A DNA stretch of 64,000 bases from Puniceicoccaceae bacterium (GTDB lineage: Bacteria; Verrucomicrobiota; Verrucomicrobiia; Opitutales; Oceanipulchritudinaceae). The position numbers were made by a program, and so were the translations under genes. Position 1 is the stretch's first letter, and every line of letters starts with the position of its first letter. This document shows, piece by piece, positions 41,403 to 51,810 of this stretch. The stretch covers positions 1 through 64,000 of the forward strand of contig JBFOMH010000015.1 of assembly GCA_040830765.1 (NCBI GenBank), given 5' to 3'. Under the pieces are notes generated by a model, which saw only the letters and a program-made list of their open reading frames with translations, did not search any database and had not been told where the DNA came from.

Positions 41403-44342
41403 ATGAAAACAGCTTCTGCTTCAGCCGCGAAATCGACTGCAAAAAAATCCCCACCTGCCCGCGGTACAGCGGAAACGCTCCTCAAGGAACACAGCTTTGC
41501 CAGACCCGACTGTCATCCCTATGAGGAAATTGAATGGGAACGGCGCTCCGCCAGCATCAAGGACGAGAACGGGAAGGCGATTTTCGAGCAGGAAAATATC
41601 GAGGTACCGGCCGCCTTCTCCGAATTGGCGACGAAGATCCTCGCCTCGAAGTACTTTTATGGCGACCCCGAGAACGGGTTTGATCCCAAGACTGGCGGAC
41701 GCGAATCCTCTTTCCGCGAAGTGGTCGACCGGGTTGCCGGGACATTGACCAAATGGGGCTTGAAGGACGGCTATTTCCAGACCGATACGGAAGCAAAAAT
41801 TTTTGAGGAAGACCTGACCTGGCTGCTCGTCAACCAGACGGGGGCCTTCAACTCACCGGTCTGGTTCAATCTCGGCCTCTTTGAGGCCTATGGCATCGGC
41901 AAGGATTCCGCCAAGGGTAATTACTTTTGGAATCCGGAAAGCGAACAGGTCGAACGGGCGCCCAACCAGTACGAGTACCCGCAATGTTCCGCCTGCTTCA
42001 TCCAGCACGTCGAGGATGACCTCGAGTCGATCATGAACCTGGCCCAGGCAGAGGCCATGCTCTTCAAGTTCGGTAGCGGCAGCGGCACCGACCTGTCCTC
42101 CATCCGCTCCACCCGGGAAAAGCTTTCCGGAGGGGGTCGACCCAGTGGTCCCCTCAGCTTCCTCGCCGTCTATGACTCCGTGGCCGGTGTGGTCAAGAGC
42201 GGTGGCAAGACCCGCCGGGCTGCCAAGATGAACACCCTCAAGGACTGGCACCCTGACATTGAAGAGTTCATCGAGGCCAAGAAGGTCGAGGAACGCAAGG
42301 CATGGGCCCTGATTGAGGAAGGTTACGATCCGTCCTTCAACGGCGAGGCCTACGGCTCCATCAAGTTCCAGAACGAAAACCTCAGCATGCGCACCTCCGA
42401 TGCCTTCATGGAGGCAGCCTCCAAACGCGGCGACTGGTGGACCCGCCGGGTGACCGATGGCGAGCCCTGCGAAAAGAAGAACGCTGGTGCCCTGCTCGAC
42501 CTCATCGCCGAAGGAACCCATCTCTGCGGGGATCCGGGGCTCCAGTTTGATGACACCATCAATGCCTGGCATACCTGCAAGGGCTCCGGACGCCAGAATT
42601 GCACCAACCCTTGCAGCGAATACCTCTTCCTCGACAATTCCGCCTGCAATCTCGCCAGCATCAACCTGCTCAAGTTCCGCACCAAGCAGGGCTTCGACTT
42701 TGAGCGCTTCGCCCGGGCCTGCCGTATCTTCATCATCGCCCAGGAAATCATTGTCGACCGTTCCTCCTATCCGACGGACGCCATTACCTTCAATTCGCAC
42801 TGGTTCCGCACCCTTGGGCTCGGTTATGCCAACCTCGGCGCCCTCCTCATGTCCTACGGGCTCTCCTACGACTCCGAGGAAGGCCGCGCCCTCGCCGCCC
42901 TCATCACCGCTGTCATGACGGGGACGGCCTACCGCACCTCGACCGAGCTGGCCCGCCTCAAGGGACCATTCCCCGGGTATCGGGATTCTCGCTACATGGG
43001 CTGCGACAACCCGCCCGCCAAGGACAACGTCGACTCGATGCTTGAGGTTATTGAGAAGCACCTTGCCGCTGTTGATGAAATCAACGTGGACATTGATCCG
43101 GAAATGAAAGCCTACGCCCGGTCCACCTGGCGCCAGGCCCTGCAGCAGGGCCGCGAGCATGGTTACCGCAATGCCCAGGTCACCGTCCTTGCCCCGACCG
43201 GGACCATCGGATTTCTCATGGATTGTGACACTACCGGCATCGAGCCGGCCATCGGGCTGGTGGCTTACAAGTCGCTTGCCGGCGGCGGCGTCCTCCAGCT
43301 CCCGATCAAGGTAATCCCCAGTGCCTTGAAGAAACTTGGCTACAAGGCATCCGAACGGGAACGAATCCTCAAGCACATAGCCGACCACGGGACCGTGGAA
43401 CCGGTCACCATCAAGGGGAAGGTCGAGGAAAGCGGCCTGATCGCCGAACACGCCCCGATTTTCGACACCGCCTTCCGCTCCGGCGCCGGGCAGCGGGTCC
43501 TGACCCACCTCGCCCACATCGACATGATGGCAGCTGTGCAGCCCTTCCTCTCCGGCGGGATATCCAAGACGGTCAACATGCCCCAGGAGGCCACCGTCGA
43601 GGACATCAAGGAGACCTACTTCTATGCCTGGCGCAAGGGCATCAAGGGAGTGGCGATCTATCGTGACGGTTCCAAGCGCTCTGCTCCCGTCAAGACTCGC
43701 AAGGATGACCAGGTCGAAGACTCCGCCAAGCAGGGTGTGCAGATCGTCACCGAACCCTACCGGCGCCGCTTGCAGGATACCCGGACCTCGACCACCCACA
43801 AGTTCAGCATCGGCGGAACCAAGGGATACCTGACCGTCGGCCAGTTCGATGATGGGGCGCCGGGGGAAGTCTTTATCCAGATGTCCAAGGCCGGCAGTAC
43901 CATCAACGGCCTCATGGACACCATTGGCACCCTGCTTTCGATGTGTCTCCAGTACGGCGTTCCCCTAGACACGCTGGTCAAGAAGTTCGCCCATATCCGC
44001 TTTGAACCGGAAGGCATGACCCGCAATCCCGATATCCCCATGGCCAAGAGCGTCATGGACTACCTCGCCCGCTGGCTGGGGATGGAGTTCATTCCGGGCT
44101 ACAAGGAAAAGATGTCACCCGCGGTTCAGGCGGAAACCGGCCTCGAAGACACCTCGCCCGACTCTGTGGCAATCGAACTGGAGGACGAAGGGACCAGCCT
44201 GAAGCTGTCCAGCGAGCAGATGGAACTGTTAACACAGAGTGAAGGCCACCTGACTTGCACCGAGTGCGGCAGTTCCAAGGTGAAGGTTACCGGAACCTGT
44301 GCCTGTTGCCTCAATTGCGGCACTTCCCTCGGCTGCAGCTGA
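41403..44342 (+). CDS. nrdJ: Class II (B12-dependent) ribonucleotide reductase
   Basis: FNSPVWFN, CSACF, GKTRRAAKM, TNPCSE, CNLASINL, APTGTI, SKTVN, YRDGSK, TSCPD-like domain and a Cys-rich C-terminus. Confidence 0.96.
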   Translation: MKTASASAAKSTAKKSPPARGTAETLLKEHSFARPDCHPYEEIEWERRSASIKDENGKAIFEQENIEVPAAFSELATKILASKYFYGDPENGFDPKTGGRESSFREVVDRVAGTLTKWGLKDGYFQTDTEAKIFEEDLTWLLVNQTGAFNSPVWFNLGLFEAYGIGKDSAKGNYFWNPESEQVERAPNQYEYPQCSACFIQHVEDDLESIMNLAQAEAMLFKFGSGSGTDLSSIRSTREKLSGGGRPSGPLSFLAVYDSVAGVVKSGGKTRRAAKMNTLKDWHPDIEEFIEAKKVEERKAWALIEEGYDPSFNGEAYGSIKFQNENLSMRTSDAFMEAASKRGDWWTRRVTDGEPCEKKNAGALLDLIAEGTHLCGDPGLQFDDTINAWHTCKGSGRQNCTNPCSEYLFLDNSACNLASINLLKFRTKQGFDFERFARACRIFIIAQEIIVDRSSYPTDAITFNSHWFRTLGLGYANLGALLMSYGLSYDSEEGRALAALITAVMTGTAYRTSTELARLKGPFPGYRDSRYMGCDNPPAKDNVDSMLEVIEKHLAAVDEINVDIDPEMKAYARSTWRQALQQGREHGYRNAQVTVLAPTGTIGFLMDCDTTGIEPAIGLVAYKSLAGGGVLQLPIKVIPSALKKLGYKASERERILKHIADHGTVEPVTIKGKVEESGLIAEHAPIFDTAFRSGAGQRVLTHLAHIDMMAAVQPFLSGGISKTVNMPQEATVEDIKETYFYAWRKGIKGVAIYRDGSKRSAPVKTRKDDQVEDSAKQGVQIVTEPYRRRLQDTRTSTTHKFSIGGTKGYLTVGQFDDGAPGEVFIQMSKAGSTINGLMDTIGTLLSMCLQYGVPLDTLVKKFAHIRFEPEGMTRNPDIPMAKSVMDYLARWLGMEFIPGYKEKMSPAVQAETGLEDTSPDSVAIELEDEGTSLKLSSEQMELLTQSEGHLTCTECGSSKVKVTGTCACCLNCGTSLGCS

Positions 44343-44403
44343 ACACCTCACGGCCTGTCATCAGACTTGGAAAGCCATCCGCATTGTGCATGCTGGAGAG
44401 GTG

Positions 44404-45354
44404 ATGCCAAGACCTGTGGCCATATACTATCATCCCGATTCCCTGTTGCATGACACCGGTCCCAGGCATCCCGAGCGTGCGGAACGGATGGTGGTCTGTC
44501 ACAATGCCTTGAAGGCCGCCCCTTTTGCCGATCAATTGCACTGGCATGAGCCCCAGCCGGCTCCGGCAAAATGGATCGAAAGCATCCACACCCCGGAATA
44601 CCGGCAATTCATCGAGGAGGCCTGCCTTGCGGGAAAGCACTTTCTCGATACAGGTGATACCGTCATCTGTCCCGATTCCTACCGGGCCGCCATCCTCGCC
44701 GCCGGCGGAGCCATCAACGCAGTCGATGCTGTATTGCAAAATGGATACGCTGCTGCCTTCTCGCTTTCCCGTCCCCCGGGTCATCATGCGGGGATTGAAA
44801 GCCCGATGGGATTCTGTCTCTTCAACAATATTGCCATTGCCGCGGAATATGCCGAAAAGACCTACGGCATGGAACGCATCTGCATCCTCGATTTTGATGT
44901 CCACCATGGCAACGGGACACAGGACATTTTCTACGGCAGCCCCTCCGTTCTTTTCTGCAGCCTCCACCAACTGCCCCTATGGCCGCACAGCGGGGAGAGT
45001 TTCGAGACCGGCTCAAAGGCCGGCACGGGCCTGACTCTGAATTGCCCCTTCCCCAACGAAGCTGGCATCGACCTCTATATGGAAGCCCTGCAGAAGGAGG
45101 TGTTACCGAAAATCAGTGACTTCCAACCGGAGCTGCTCCTCGTCTCTGCCGGTTTTGACGGTCATAAGGCGGACCCCCTGGCCGATATTCATCTCCAGGC
45201 GGAGGACTTCCATACCATCACAAAATGGATACTCCAGGTAGCGAAGACCTACACCCATGGCCGGATGGTCTCCTTCCTCGAGGGTGGTTATGAACTGGAG
45301 GCTCTCGCCGCCTCAGTCTGCGCCCACGTGCAGGCCCTGGTAGAAGGGCCCTGA
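44404..45354 (+). CDS. Histone deacetylase-family Zn hydrolase
   Basis: HPE..ER, RPPGHHA, GFCLFNN, DFDVHHGNGTQ, SAGFD..DPL and LEGGY. Confidence 0.94.
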   Translation: MPRPVAIYYHPDSLLHDTGPRHPERAERMVVCHNALKAAPFADQLHWHEPQPAPAKWIESIHTPEYRQFIEEACLAGKHFLDTGDTVICPDSYRAAILAAGGAINAVDAVLQNGYAAAFSLSRPPGHHAGIESPMGFCLFNNIAIAAEYAEKTYGMERICILDFDVHHGNGTQDIFYGSPSVLFCSLHQLPLWPHSGESFETGSKAGTGLTLNCPFPNEAGIDLYMEALQKEVLPKISDFQPELLLVSAGFDGHKADPLADIHLQAEDFHTITKWILQVAKTYTHGRMVSFLEGGYELEALAASVCAHVQALVEGP

Positions 45355-45358
45355 ATCC

Positions 45359-46042
45359 TTAAAAAACCCGCCCCAGGAAGTCATAGACCCGGGCTTCGGG
45401 CCCTATGGCATCACGGATATCTGCGGTACGGCTGCCGTCCTCGGCATCGACCAGCTGTCCTCCCCCGAGGGAAAGGTCCCGGTAGAATTCAACATGTCCG
45501 TCGAGGAAGACAATATAGCCCCCCTCTTCCCCGTAGATGCCCGGTCGTTTGCCATCCAGGCCTTCCCAGCGGCCCTCGCTGGTCAGTCCGCGGGTCCAGG
45601 CCACCGGGGTTGTTGCCGGATAGGCCAGCGGGCTTAGTCCACTGACCACTGCCACCCCGATGGGCCAGTCCTCGAAGCCATCGATTTCCCCCCATTGACC
45701 ATTGCCATCCGGTTGCACCAGGACAGGCGGAATGGCCATTGCCACAGAAGCGAGCAAGGGATCCTCCTCGAAGATGAAAAGTTCCCCTTCGCGGACCCCC
45801 GTCTCGGCGGCCAGACGGCCCATCCAGTCACCGAGATCGGAACCCGCCGGGCTGCGCCCGGTCAGGCTCTGGTAGGTGGCGACGGCTAATCCGATCTGGC
45901 GCAGTTTCTGGGCGGTAGCCATCCGCTGGGCCTTCTGCCGGATGACCCCGACCGATGGCACCAACATCCCCATCAGAATGGCCATCACTCCTAGGACCAT
46001 GAGGAGCTCGATAAGACTGAATCCGGATCGCTTGCTGGGCAT
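45359..46042 (-). CDS. Prepilin-type N-terminal cleavage protein with an FLDGHVE (H-X9-DG-CTERM-like) motif
   Basis: RSG|FSLIELLMVL, LRQIGLA and GGYIVFLDGHVE. Confidence 0.8.
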   Translation of the reverse strand: MPSKRSGFSLIELLMVLGVMAILMGMLVPSVGVIRQKAQRMATAQKLRQIGLAVATYQSLTGRSPAGSDLGDWMGRLAAETGVREGELFIFEEDPLLASVAMAIPPVLVQPDGNGQWGEIDGFEDWPIGVAVVSGLSPLAYPATTPVAWTRGLTSEGRWEGLDGKRPGIYGEEGGYIVFLDGHVEFYRDLSLGGGQLVDAEDGSRTADIRDAIGPEARVYDFLGRVF

Positions 46043-46132
46043 GCTGGAAAAATTGACGAATTCCCCGTCTGCTCCAACTGCTCAATTCAGTCAAAATCAG
46101 GCAGCCGGAACGACTGAATTACAGCCCCGGCC

Positions 46133-47143
46133 CTAATCGCCCCCGCTCTCGAAGTGCGTGGGGACGACAAAGGCCTCGATGCCGCATTCCTCGGTCAGGT
46201 AGCGGGCAAAGACCTCCGTCTGCCCATGGGTCACCCCGACCCGGCTGGCCCCGGAGGCCCTCACGCAATGCAACAAGCCGTTCCAGTCGGAATGGTCGGA
46301 GAGAATGAATCCCCGGTCGAAGTCGCGGCCGCGCCGCACGCCCCGAATCTGCATCCAGCCACTGGCCGATCCAAAGGAAAGTGGCTGCAAGCGCTTCAGG
46401 AGCGGGGGTTCCTGTCCGGCGAAGGAGACGAGCACAAGGCCCTTCCCCTTCAGCTCCGGCAATGTCTCTTCCGTGAGGTCAAGATAGGGCGGGAATTGCA
46501 CTCCCGCGGACTCGTAAAAGGGAAGGAAGGATCGTGCCGGTCCGGCAACTGCGATCGGACCGTTTGTTGCATCCAGCGCAGCAAGGATCCGCTGGCTCTT
46601 ACCCAGCGGGTAGCACGGCAGGATGGAGGTCCGTCCCAGCGATTGGTTCCGTTGCCACCACTGGTGGATTTGTGCCATGATTTCGGACGGCTCCGGCCAT
46701 TGGTAAATCGGCAGGCCAAATGTCGATTCGGTGATCAACAAATCGCACTCGACCGGTTCAAAGGGTTCCGCTGCTCCATGGCGATGAGTGGCGTTGTAGT
46801 CACCTGTCACTACAGCCACTTGTTGCCCGCAGGCAATCCGCACCTGGGCGGAGCCGAGGATGTGCCCGGCTGGATGAAGGCTGAGCACGGCATCGCCTAT
46901 CCGCACTTCTTCCCCGAAGTCGAGGACCGTCATCTCGACCCCCTTTCCGACCCGGTTGCGGAGGAGGTGTTCCCCGCTGGCCGAAGCGTAGTAATGCCCC
47001 ATTCCGGAGCGGGCATGATCGGAATGGGCATGCGTCATGACGGCGCGGGGCACCTTGCGCCAAGGATCGACATGAAAGTCCCCCGCCGGGCAATAGAGCC
47101 CGGCGCTTGTCATTTGGATAATATCCGATGTAATAAACCCCAC
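46133..47143 (-). CDS. Ligase-associated DNA damage response exonuclease, MBL fold (start 47113-47143)
   Basis: GLYCPAGDFHVDPW, THAHSDH, AGHILGSA, ESTFGLP, ASGWM and SDHSDW. Confidence 0.88.
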   Translation of the reverse strand: MGFITSDIIQMTSAGLYCPAGDFHVDPWRKVPRAVMTHAHSDHARSGMGHYYASASGEHLLRNRVGKGVEMTVLDFGEEVRIGDAVLSLHPAGHILGSAQVRIACGQQVAVVTGDYNATHRHGAAEPFEPVECDLLITESTFGLPIYQWPEPSEIMAQIHQWWQRNQSLGRTSILPCYPLGKSQRILAALDATNGPIAVAGPARSFLPFYESAGVQFPPYLDLTEETLPELKGKGLVLVSFAGQEPPLLKRLQPLSFGSASGWMQIRGVRRGRDFDRGFILSDHSDWNGLLHCVRASGASRVGVTHGQTEVFARYLTEECGIEAFVVPTHFESGGD

Positions 47144-47177
47144 GCCTTTAACTAAGGGCAATGACCGGTCTTCACAA

Positions 47178-47810
47178 ATGGAAATCCCCGAAACATGGCA
47201 AATCCTTGTCTTCCTGGTGGCCTTCCCCCTCATCGGGGCGGGCATCGGCTGGCTGACCAATCGGCTGGCCATCCAGATGCTCTTCCGGCCCCGGAAGCCG
47301 GTGCGGCTGTTCTGGTGGACCTTGCAGGGCTTGATTCCCCGGCGCCAGGCCGAGCTGGCCACCCGGGTGGCGGAGATCGTCGAGACGGAGCTCTTCAACC
47401 AGCACCTCATCCGGAACGAGATCAGCAAGATGGACCTCAATCCATACCTGCAGCAACTGGCCACCAATATCGTCTGGGACCAGTTGGGCCCGCGGTTGCG
47501 GGAAATCCCCATCCTCGGAAAGTTCGTCAACGACAAGTTGCTCTACAACATCAACAAGATCGCCCTCGACAGCCTGGTCGGGGAAACCGAGCCCCTCCTG
47601 AAAAAGGTTTCCACGGAAGTTGAACGGCACATTGCCGTCCGCCGCATTGTCGAGGAGAAGATCCAGGCCTTTGACCTCGATCAACTGGAGGAAATTGTCC
47701 GCAAACTGGCCCACCGCGAATTCCGCAGCATCGAGATTCTCGGGGCGGTCATTGGGTTTGTTGTCGGCCTCATCCAATGGGGCATCCTGGCCCTCACCCA
47801 GCTGGCCTGA
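47178..47810 (+). CDS. DUF445/YheB-like membrane protein
   Basis: GAGIGWLTNRLAIQMLFRP, QGLIPRR and IEILGAVIGFVVG. Confidence 0.88.
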   Translation: MEIPETWQILVFLVAFPLIGAGIGWLTNRLAIQMLFRPRKPVRLFWWTLQGLIPRRQAELATRVAEIVETELFNQHLIRNEISKMDLNPYLQQLATNIVWDQLGPRLREIPILGKFVNDKLLYNINKIALDSLVGETEPLLKKVSTEVERHIAVRRIVEEKIQAFDLDQLEEIVRKLAHREFRSIEILGAVIGFVVGLIQWGILALTQLA

Positions 47811-50261
47811 TCACTGCACCCGCAGGGCCACCATCGGATCCATTTTGGAGGCCCGCCGGGCCGGGAATCCATTCGCGAGAAGGGAGACCACCAGCAGGAC
47901 CGCAAGCGAGGATCCGTAACTGTAGTACTCTTCCGGTACTCCCTCAAAGACAGCTCCCAGGACACGCGTCAGGAGAACCGCGATCCCCAGCCCAAGGACA
48001 ATACCGATAGCGAGGTTGCGGAAGCCCTTCCACAGGACCATCCAGCGAATCCGCGTAGGGGTGGCCCCAAGGGACATGCGGATCCCGATCTCCACGATCC
48101 GCTGGCTGACCGAGTACTGGATGATGCCATAGAGCCCGGCTCCGGCAAGGAGCAGCGCCATCACCCCAAAGGTGGAAAACAGGCTCAGGAAAAAGCGGAA
48201 GTAGAAGAAGGCATCCTCGACATGTTGCTCAAAGGGCATTGCCTCCGTGAAGGCGACATCCGGGTCCACCAGGGCGACAACCCGCTGCACCTCGGGTATG
48301 AGCGCCTTTGGATTGCCGCTGGAGGTTCGGATAAAGATCTTCTGGTCACCCCAGAGGCTCTGGCCCTGCGGCCGGTAGAAGCCGGTGCCGTCGTCCTCGT
48401 CATTGATCAGGCCACCCATCTTGAGGTCGGGAACAACCCCGATGACCGTATGCAGGCGATCGTCCGGATTGCTGAAGTCTCCCTTGCCCTCGTGGTGGAA
48501 GACTTTCCCGATCGGGCTTTCACCCGGCCAGAATCGTTCCGCCATGACCGTGTTGATAATGGCCACGGAGGCCTTCCCGCGGATATCCCCATCGTTGAAA
48601 TCCCGTCCCTGGAGGATATCCACCCCGAGGGTGTCAAAGTAGCCGGGGGCAATCACATCCACCCGTACGGTCGGGTACTCTTCAGCACTCGCATAATCCT
48701 CCCCGTCAATCCGGATGGGGTCCTGCATCGCGAAGAGGCAGGGCATGTTGAAGCCAAGGGTCACCTTGTCCGCCCCGGCAATGGTCCTCACGTTGCGGTG
48801 AATCTCGTCCCAGAAAAGCACCTGATCGGCCGGTTCCGGATAGGACTCGTTGTCGACCGAAATACTACCCACGAGCAGGTTCTTTTCATCAAAGGGATAA
48901 TCCAGTTGTCCCATCAGGATGATCGCCGCGATGAGGCGGCCGGCGGCGACCAGCAGGCCGAAGGAAAAGGCCAGCTGCATGATCGAACTGGCGGAGCTGA
49001 GACGACTCAGCCGCTTGCTCGATCCGGTGCGCTGGGAATCGTTGAGGAGGGCACTGATGTTTGGCTTGGAGGATCGCAGGGCCGGAAGGATACCGGCGAC
49101 AAGGACCGCCACCAGCATCAGGCCAACTGCTACGGTGATGGAGACCGGGTCGAGGTAAAACTCCATGAAGGCCGGCGGCGCAAAGCGTTGCTGGGAGAGG
49201 AACTGCCACAGGTAGTCCAAGGCCCGCCAGGCGATGGCGATGCCAATGACCGCCCCGAGGATGCCATAGAGCAGGGCCTCCCCGAGAATCTGGCGGACAA
49301 TGCGGGTCCGGCTCGCCCCAAGGGCGCTCCGGATGGCCAGCTCGTTGCTCCGGACCACCATCCGGGCGGTCAGGATGCTGGAAACGTTGGAGCAGGCAAT
49401 CAGGAGGACGAGGAAGGTCGCCCCGAACATGCTCCACATGAGGATCCGGATGTCATCATTGACAAACCGTTTGAAGAGCGGTTCCAGGCTCGGTGGTTGA
49501 TGTACGAGGTCCGGAACGGCTTCCAGTTCCTCGATCCGGGTGAATATCAGATCAAACTCCGCCCGGGCATCCTCGATCGAGCGGTCCTCCCGTAAACGCC
49601 CAACCAGGGTGACAAAGTCAATCCATCCGGTCTGGGACTTGAGGGTCTCGGGCACCAGCGGCAGCCAGACGTCCTGGCCAAAGGGATAGTCGTACCCTTC
49701 GGGCAACACGCCGACAATGGTATAAGGCTGGCCCTCAGCGACAATCTGCTCCCCGATCACCTCGGGGTCCGACGCGTAGTGCTCCTTCCAGATTGCCTCG
49801 GAAATTACCAGCACGTTATCCGAATCCGGCAGGCAGTCATCCTCGACAAAGGTCCGCCCCATCAGGGGTGACACCGTAAGGACATCAAAGAATCCGGCGG
49901 AAACATAGGCCCCGCTCATGCGGTGCGGGTGACCGACCTTACCGCCCGTGATGAAATCATTGGTGAAGGCCGAGAGGTGCTCAAAACTGGTCTGCTGCTC
50001 CTTGACCGTGACAAAGTCGTCGAGGTGGATAAGGGTCCGACCGTCCGACACATCCGGCCGTTCCTGGCGCATGACGTGCACGATGCCTTTCTGGTCCTCG
50101 AAGGGCAGTCCCCGCCCGACAATGGAGTAGGTAATGCTGAACATGAAAGTGCTCAGCCCGATGCCGGCGGCCAGGCAGAGGATGGCCAGTACGGTCACAT
50201 AAGGGTTGCTGCGGATTTGACGGAATCCGTAGAGGATATCCTGAAAGAAGGAACTGTTCAT
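47811..50261 (-). CDS. Duplicated MacB/FtsX-type ABC permease (ADOP-like), no adjacent ATPase
   Basis: LLIACSNV, ELAIRSALGASR, EIGIRMSLGA and PARRASKMDPMVALR. Confidence 0.9.
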   Translation of the reverse strand: MNSSFFQDILYGFRQIRSNPYVTVLAILCLAAGIGLSTFMFSITYSIVGRGLPFEDQKGIVHVMRQERPDVSDGRTLIHLDDFVTVKEQQTSFEHLSAFTNDFITGGKVGHPHRMSGAYVSAGFFDVLTVSPLMGRTFVEDDCLPDSDNVLVISEAIWKEHYASDPEVIGEQIVAEGQPYTIVGVLPEGYDYPFGQDVWLPLVPETLKSQTGWIDFVTLVGRLREDRSIEDARAEFDLIFTRIEELEAVPDLVHQPPSLEPLFKRFVNDDIRILMWSMFGATFLVLLIACSNVSSILTARMVVRSNELAIRSALGASRTRIVRQILGEALLYGILGAVIGIAIAWRALDYLWQFLSQQRFAPPAFMEFYLDPVSITVAVGLMLVAVLVAGILPALRSSKPNISALLNDSQRTGSSKRLSRLSSASSIMQLAFSFGLLVAAGRLIAAIILMGQLDYPFDEKNLLVGSISVDNESYPEPADQVLFWDEIHRNVRTIAGADKVTLGFNMPCLFAMQDPIRIDGEDYASAEEYPTVRVDVIAPGYFDTLGVDILQGRDFNDGDIRGKASVAIINTVMAERFWPGESPIGKVFHHEGKGDFSNPDDRLHTVIGVVPDLKMGGLINDEDDGTGFYRPQGQSLWGDQKIFIRTSSGNPKALIPEVQRVVALVDPDVAFTEAMPFEQHVEDAFFYFRFFLSLFSTFGVMALLLAGAGLYGIIQYSVSQRIVEIGIRMSLGATPTRIRWMVLWKGFRNLAIGIVLGLGIAVLLTRVLGAVFEGVPEEYYSYGSSLAVLLVVSLLANGFPARRASKMDPMVALRVQ

Positions 50262-50359
50262 AATGTTCTTAATTCAATGTTTCGCCCTGGGCAGCCTGGA
50301 CGTTACAAAAAATCAAAACCGGACACTAAAGACAAGAGCAGTGGTCCGCTTTACGGTAA

Positions 50360-51763
50360 TTAGGTCGTATCGCCAGCCTCGCGCTTTATCTTGAGCTTTT
50401 CCTCCATCTCGAGGACGAAGTCTTCGGTGATCGGGTAAAGAAACAGCACCAGTCCGTTGGCGATGGCGAAGGCTCCCGGGATAAAACAGAACATCACCCG
50501 GATCCCCAGCAGGGCCGCGTCGCTCTGGTCGGCATTGGCCTCGAAACCGACCCAGCCGAGTATCCAGCCGGAAAGAGTACCGCCCACCATCAGGCCCATT
50601 TTCTGGGCGAAAATCGCCGCCGAAAATACCAGCCCGGTGGTACGCCGGCCAAACATCAGCTCACCGTAGTCGGCCACGTCGGTGTACATGGCCCAGACCA
50701 GTGCCGGGGTCGGCCCGGCGAAGAGTACCCCGATCAGGTTCACCACCACCATCAGGGTGATGTTGTCCGGTGGCACCCAGAAAAAGACTATGGTCGAGGC
50801 CGCGTTCAGGAAGGTCAGCCCGATGAGGGCGTTCCGTTTCCCAAAGCGCTTACGCAGGGTGTTGGTGAAAAAGATCCCGACAATGAAGACCAGCGATCCG
50901 GTCGCCAAAAAGAAGGAGGTCAGGTCCATCCACCAAAAGAATTTCTCACCCGTGTCCCCCACATAGTACTTGAAATAGTGGAAGGTCACTGCCGCCCGGA
51001 CCGCGACATTGGAAAGGGTCAGGATCCCTGCCACCGCCATGATCACCCAAGGTTTGTTCTTAATGAGGATCTTCAGGTCCCGCTTGATACGGGTATCCGC
51101 ATCGGCCTTTTCCGGGGCCAGCCGTTCCCGCGTGGTCAGGAAGGTGAAGAGGAACAGCAGGGAGGCCAGCGCTCCCAGGATAGCGAAGGTCAGCCGGTAG
51201 CCGACAATCTCGTCCCCGCCGCCCAGTGCACTGGCCAGCGGGCGGACGGTCGCCCCGATGATCAGGGCCGCACTGAAGGCCCCGACAAAGCGGTAGCTGG
51301 CAAGGATGGTCCGCTCCTCCGTCTCAGGTGTCATGACCCCCATCAGTGCCGAATAGGGAACATTGATGGCCGTGTAGATCATCCCCAGGACGGTGTAGGT
51401 CGAGGCCGCGTAAAGAATCTTCAGACCACCCTCAAGTCCCGGACTGGCAAAAGTCAGGAATCCCACCACCCCGAACGGAATGGCCAGCCAAAGGAGGTAC
51501 GGCCGGTACCGTCCCCAGCGGGTCTGTGTCCGGTCGGCCAGGATTCCCATAACCGGGTCATTGATCGCATCCCAGAATCGCGCCACCAGAAACAAGGTCC
51601 CCACGATCCCCGGCGAGATCCCCCACACATCCGTGTAGTAATAAAAAAGGACAATGTTGAAGGCCTGGTAAAAGATGTTCGAGGCCGTGTCACCGGCTCC
51701 ATAGCCAATCTTTTCAAGGATGCTTAACTTGCCGTTCCCGGCCGGGGTCTGTGCGATTGCCAT
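50360..51763 (-). CDS. MFS glycoside-pentoside-hexuronide:cation symporter
   Basis: EKIGYGAGD, DAINDPVMG..ADRT.TRWGRYRP, NVPYSAL and DVADYGE. Confidence 0.92.
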   Translation of the reverse strand: MAIAQTPAGNGKLSILEKIGYGAGDTASNIFYQAFNIVLFYYYTDVWGISPGIVGTLFLVARFWDAINDPVMGILADRTQTRWGRYRPYLLWLAIPFGVVGFLTFASPGLEGGLKILYAASTYTVLGMIYTAINVPYSALMGVMTPETEERTILASYRFVGAFSAALIIGATVRPLASALGGGDEIVGYRLTFAILGALASLLFLFTFLTTRERLAPEKADADTRIKRDLKILIKNKPWVIMAVAGILTLSNVAVRAAVTFHYFKYYVGDTGEKFFWWMDLTSFFLATGSLVFIVGIFFTNTLRKRFGKRNALIGLTFLNAASTIVFFWVPPDNITLMVVVNLIGVLFAGPTPALVWAMYTDVADYGELMFGRRTTGLVFSAAIFAQKMGLMVGGTLSGWILGWVGFEANADQSDAALLGIRVMFCFIPGAFAIANGLVLFLYPITEDFVLEMEEKLKIKREAGDTT

Positions 51764-51810
51764 CCAGCTACCGAAGGCAAAACTGCGATTCAGTGCAATC
51801 GGAAAGTGGC

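Noticed and set aside
41853..43799. 648-aa ORF antisense to nrdJ (similarly 26392-27735, 48222-49595 and 60252-61688)
   Set aside because: These are mirror-frame shadows of GC3-biased genes. They have no recognisable motifs and lie almost entirely over well-supported CDS.
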